A DNA stretch of 64,000 nucleotides, taken from contig CALBRH010000055.1 in assembly GCA_937899865.1 (NCBI GenBank), forward strand, positions 1-64,000, given 5' to 3'. Positions 55,001-61,000 of the stretch are shown here, in pieces. Made by a program: the position numbers and the translations under genes. Position 1 is the first letter of the stretch, and each line of letters starts with the position of its first letter. This stretch comes from an uncultured euryarchaeote (lineage in GTDB: Archaea > Thermoplasmatota > Poseidoniia > Poseidoniales > Poseidoniaceae). The notes beneath the pieces were generated by a model that made no database searches, was not told where the DNA came from, and saw only the letters and a program-made list of their open reading frames with translations.

Positions 55001-58000
55001 GCATCTTTAGTGTTGTTCCGTATGGGTAATCAGAAATCCATTGTGCGATTCCAGTTCCATATTCAGTAGTATAACCAGTATCGAAAACAATTGCGTTATC
55101 CAATGTGTATGTTACACCATCTCTTAGTTCTAGAGTACCTGAGTCGATCATAATGGCTTTTCCAGACAAGTCCATGGAGGAAGTTCCATCCCACAAACCT
55201 TCGTCATCGCCATATTCTACCATTCCTGTATCATAGGTTCTCGATCCGGATGCTGAGAAAGATGTTCCTGCACACGGTGAAACCATGACATAGTTTGAAT
55301 CTGTACCACATACTCTCACATCAATTTGATCAGTTAAACTGTATTGATCGAAATTTGTCGCAGTAGCCGAATCATATGGTGCGTCTGCCAAGTTAGGCGT
55401 TGCTTGTAAGTAACGGAAATCTCCAGAGTTAGTAGTCGAGTCAGTCCATGAATAATCAACTTCTGCTACGCTTGAAATTTTGTATGTGCTGAAGTAGGCA
55501 GAGTAATCTGTCACTCCGCTTGCATCAACATCATAGATCGAGAATGACAATCCGGATGTTAATCCGTTTGCATCTGTAGATCCTGTTGAAGTTGTAGCAG
55601 CAGCTTGGCTAGACATCACAACATTGGCATCAGCTAGAGGTGTTCCGTCAGCATCAAGTTCGGCGAAATAACTTCTATCTCTGTTGAACTTTCCTGTTGA
55701 ACTTGAACCTATAGTAACTTTACTTTGGTCAACTATACCATCTAAGAACGAGACAGCGCTTGAATCAGCAATTTCAACATCTACTGTATTACTTCCAACA
55801 ATGTCTACATCGTTCATGGATATATCTCCAACTCCCTCAAAGGACATTGCGGTATTGACGTTAGAAATTGACATTGTGTCAACCATGTGGTTAGCGCTAC
55901 TTTGAGATCCAACTCTAAATCCAACATTACCGTTGGAAATAGTTGCGTCAGCTACAAGAGTTTCAACATCATTGTTTAGATATATGGCAGTACCCAATCC
56001 ATTAAAGTTAGAATTGGTTATTTCTTGAATTCCTGCACTTGTAGATGGTGCATAGAATCCATAGTTGTTGTTTGCTCCTAATCCAGAGTCATCTACATCC
56101 ATATTATCCAAATAAACGCTGTTTGTACCAGATGTTCTAACACCGTATTGAACAGGGTCATCGATATCTAGACCGTTGATGTTGGCTAAAGTTCCACCTT
56201 GTAGATCAATTCCTACGTTTGCATCAGTAATTTGTGCGTTATTCAAGATAACACCCTTTCCAATTACTGCTTCGGAATAATCTCCAAATGCTGCTGGGTT
56301 GGAACCAGATCTTGTAAGCAGTTCTACACTATCTCTGTTCATGTTTGCCCAGTGACCAAGCGAACTACCGAGGTATCTGTGCATCATGTCGAATTTCAAC
56401 TCGACCTTCGCAATCGAGGAATCTGTCAAATCAATAGTTGGCCAACTCAAAAGCATGTTCGAACCAATGGTTGTTCTGAAGGTAGGAGACCTTGCATTAC
56501 ATGCTTCATAGTTTGGTGAACCCCATGTTCCAGCCAAACTAGAGCGTGTTTCACCAATTGTTGTGTCATGCCAGTTTCCAAGGTTGGAAATAATGGTTGA
56601 ATAACCGAATGCACCACCTGTTCCCATTCCGTAGCGTCCAGTAATTGGGTCATCGAATCCCCAGTTAAATTCTGGGTAAGAAGATACACTGATTGGTTCA
56701 GGAACGGTTCCTTCAGAAATTCTAAATCCGAATTGTTCAGGATATAATGGAGATGTAGTTACTCCATACAAGTCTCCAATGTTAGGAGTACTAGAGTACC
56801 AATAGTAGTTGTCTAGGCGCTCTCCCCATCTCCATGGATTTGGTGATTCTCCACCATAGTTACAATCCCAGAATGGCGCACCACCGGCTCCTCCAAGGTA
56901 GCTTAATCCACCGTTAGTTACGGCAGGATCATTTTGGCTGTATGGATAATATCCTACATCGTTTTCGTCTTGAATTAGGTATGATGCTCCAGAGTTATCA
57001 GTTACTTCAATTACTAAGTTGTCCATTGTCACATATGGTACGGACCAAGATGTTACACCATAGCCACCTACAGTATATCTGTATGTGTATGTACCACCGT
57101 AATTAATCATCATTGCAGGTTGTAGATAATCTGCTTGCCCAACCCAACTGGTTAGATCAACTGTGTATTCTTCCCACTCGAAACAGCCGAATCTGTGGAA
57201 GAACCAACAGTTATCCATGTTTGGAAGTTCTCTTGCATTAAAACCAGTTCCAATGTTGGATGGGTAATTTTGTGCAAGGCCTTGTAATACCGCACTTGAA
57301 TACATAGTTGGTAGTTTAGGACCATCTTTTGCGACAATTCCATTAGTATTTCCGTTTGATGTGTAGCCATCTAGATTCATTGAACCGCCGTCGGAGTTAA
57401 TTCCTACAGCCATGTTGGATATAGTTAAACCGTCACCAACAACTTCACCACCATTGGTAAGTTCAATACCTACACCTAGGTTTGATGAACCTGCTAAAGT
57501 GGCAGCAGAGGAAACTGTTACCAATCCACCATCGACATCAATCATTGGGTAAGAGTTTGAAGCAACTGCAGTAGCAGTCAAATATGCTCCTCCACCGAGT
57601 TTTAGTTCTGCGCCGCTTGGAACTTCCAATTGTCCGCTCTTTGAAGAATCGAACAATAGGTTACTAATGGTACCAGATTGCATATCCAAAACACCGCCGG
57701 ATTCAATCGCAAGGTCAACTGCATTTAGTAAACCTTCACCGTAAATCTTTGGTATGTCACCAGTTCCTGTATCGGTCATCATAATCAATTTACCACCATT
57801 ACCAATAGTCAAAGTTGGATTGTCTAGTGCATCCTCTCTAAATGTAATTTGTGAACCTTCAAGTACAACAGTACATCCATCGATTAGCAAGTCATCTGCG
57901 AGCACCATTGTAGCACCCTTGAACTCGTAAGTACCATCACCATCTGGATCTGTATTGAGGAAGGTTTCGTTAGTTGCCATCCACGCACAGTCCATGAAAC

Positions 58001-61000
58001 TGACATTGTCAAGTGTCACAGGAGGTGAAACAAGTCTAATGTCAGCATAACTTCCGATTGTGTAAGTACCAAAGTCAGCCAATGGAACTCCAGTTTGTAG
58101 AACTCCATCTTCGAATAGAACTTCAGTAGCAGGGGTACCATCAACCAATGCTGGATTAGCCTGGCCTGCTCCAGCAGACCCACTAGCTCGTACGACATGA
58201 GTGTTGTAAGTTGTTGGCGTGTGATCTCCAGTAATTACTGCAACATCGCTCGCTCTTCCATCGTTTCCAGTTGTTGCTCTGTGAATTACCTTGTTCGGGA
58301 ACAATTCAGCGCCGGTTGAGTCAAGAACAGATGCAGTAATAGTAACTCCTGCCTCTGGTATTTGTTCTGGAAGGCCTGTATTAGCGTCAACTCCCAATCT
58401 GTAGGCAAGTGAATTGGCAAATCCACCATAATAGACTTCTGGGATTGCAGTAGGTTGAACATTGGTATTGCCGTCAATTGATGTGTGACAATCTGTAGTC
58501 TTTCCATTGGAATCTGCACAATCATTACCATTCAAAGTAACATCGATTAAGAATCCATCAGAAGATAGACCGCCAAAATACAGATATGGACCAAATTCAG
58601 ATACTGTTGTACTGGTCACATCTACATCAACAAAGATACCTTCTGTTGCATGCATGTAAATTGCTGAGTCAGAACTACTGTGAGACATTGTAGATGATAC
58701 CATCTGAATAGTACTCGTACCTCCAGGTGTGTTACATTCTGAACTGAGTTGTCCAAGTGCTGAGTTAACAATCTTAATGTTTGCACCACAGCCGAATGAT
58801 CTGTACAGCCCAACATCCATGTTAGTGAACTCTAACATATCATTTGAACCACCAGTAACACCAAGTTCTTGAATTGAGAATTCATTAGCGACGGTGATTT
58901 GATCAGCTGTTCCAGGGAAAGTCCTGTACATTGTCATATCAGGTGCTGTAACTCCGTCAAATACTGAGTTAGCACCCATTGAACCTGGTACGTTGGTTGT
59001 AGCACCACAATATGGATTGATATCGAATCGATGTTGTCCGGTAGGCATGAAACCTGTACCAAGGTCGACATTGGTCAATGAAACCTTACTTGCTGCGCAA
59101 ATCCAACCTTGTGCATAGTTTGGTGCGTTGAAGTTAGTTACTGTAACCTCGGAATTAGCGCCATGACTCAAACCAAGGCTTACACCAGTGTTTTCCCAAG
59201 TCCAACCATTGTTATTCCATCTCCATTGGTCGTTAATGGTAGGCGTAGTTGCAGTTACATCACTAATAGTAATGGTTTGAAGATCTGTTCGAATTAGCGT
59301 AACCTTAGAGTCTACAATGTTTACATACTCCATGGTCAAAGAACCAGAATTACTTCCTGAAACATCAGATGCGATAGCACCTGCCCAATCGTAATTGTTG
59401 GTGTTACATCGAGTCATAGTAGATGGGTTGCCTGCTGTACCTGTTAGTGTAGCAACTGTGTTTTGAGCAAAGTTGAAACAAGAACTTCTTGAGTCAGTAA
59501 TTGCGAAGTTAGACATTGTAACAACTGTTCCTTGTCCGCTACCATGAGCGAATGCAGAATCTACATTTGAGTAAGATACATCAGATAGAGTAAATTCTCC
59601 TACGTCACAATCTTGGGTAGCAGTTCCACATCCTTGGAAACTTGAATCAGCTGGTCTACTACCTGCAGTTATTGCCGCATGGTTAGTATTGCTGATAGAA
59701 ACATGTTGCATTACATGTCTGTCTTCAACAGTTGTACCTGCACAGTCACTAGTAAATGCCAATCCATGCCATAGAGCATTTGAATTGACACTTCTGTCTG
59801 CGTTAAAGGTGATTGGGTCAGTCGAAGTTCCCATTGCTGTGAACTTTGAACATGTACCGTCAGCCTTGACGCCACCATCGAATGAGATACCTTTGTTCTC
59901 TCCGATAATAACTTCAACGCCTGGTTCAATTGTCAAGTCAGCATCAATACTTAGGTAACCGCTTGGATCTGATGGGTTAACCTTAATCGGGCTATCGATT
60001 AGATACCATGTAGTATCATCTGTAATATCTGCAGTAACTGTCTTACCTTGGCCATCGAATGGAAGTGTTCTGAACCATACACCTTGACAGGATGTAGTGC
60101 CAGTTGAGCCACAATAGTCAACTGTTTCACGTGACCAATATGGTGCCATCATGTGCAATTTACCGCTTAGGACGTTGTTTGCGCCGCCACAGGTAGTCCA
60201 GAAGTTTGCACGGAATGCACCTGATGTTGGCCAGCATCCTGTAGAGGAAGATGAACTTTCGATTCTAATGGTGTTTGTACTACCATCATCAACAAAGTGC
60301 AAGAATCCGCTTCCAGTTGCTTGGATTCTGTTAAGAGGATCGCTACCGTCATAAGACTGGCCATAGAACTCAAAGTTAAAGTCGTCTGGTATGTCAAAGT
60401 TTCCTGCACAGTATACGCCATATTGACTCCAATCAGAGTTTGAGTCACATCTGTCGTCATTACTGAATGTGAATGAACTTACAGGCACGGTCTGAGTCGA
60501 TGATACAAGAGGTAGTGGAGTCATTCCAAGTTCGAATGTTTCTACAAGATAGTCTCCAGTATCAGACAGAGTAAATCTCAAGTTGTTAGTATGAGGGTTT
60601 CCGTAAACAAAGTAGTCCCAATTGCCAACTTCCATGAAGTTGCTTCGGTCTTCTCTGATAGCAGTGACGCCTACCTTCTCATTGTTGTAACAGTCCTCGT
60701 CATAATGGAACTCAAACTCATTGGTAACATCATACATGATAACTTGCATGCTACATCCGTCATTGTTAGATGTGTAAGAATTCTCTTTGTACTCAACCCA
60801 TTCAACAATCAATGTGTTGGTAGGATTAGCAACTTCAAAGGTGTAAGTGTCGCCTTGCATAGAGTTAGCAGGAGGCGCTTGTGGGCTTGGTTGAATGTCT
60901 CTTGTTGTCATGTGATAGGAAACGGTATCTCCTCTGGTTAATCCAGTGAATTGATAAGTCCATTCACACTCTGAGTAAGTACAGATATTTCTCTTATCCG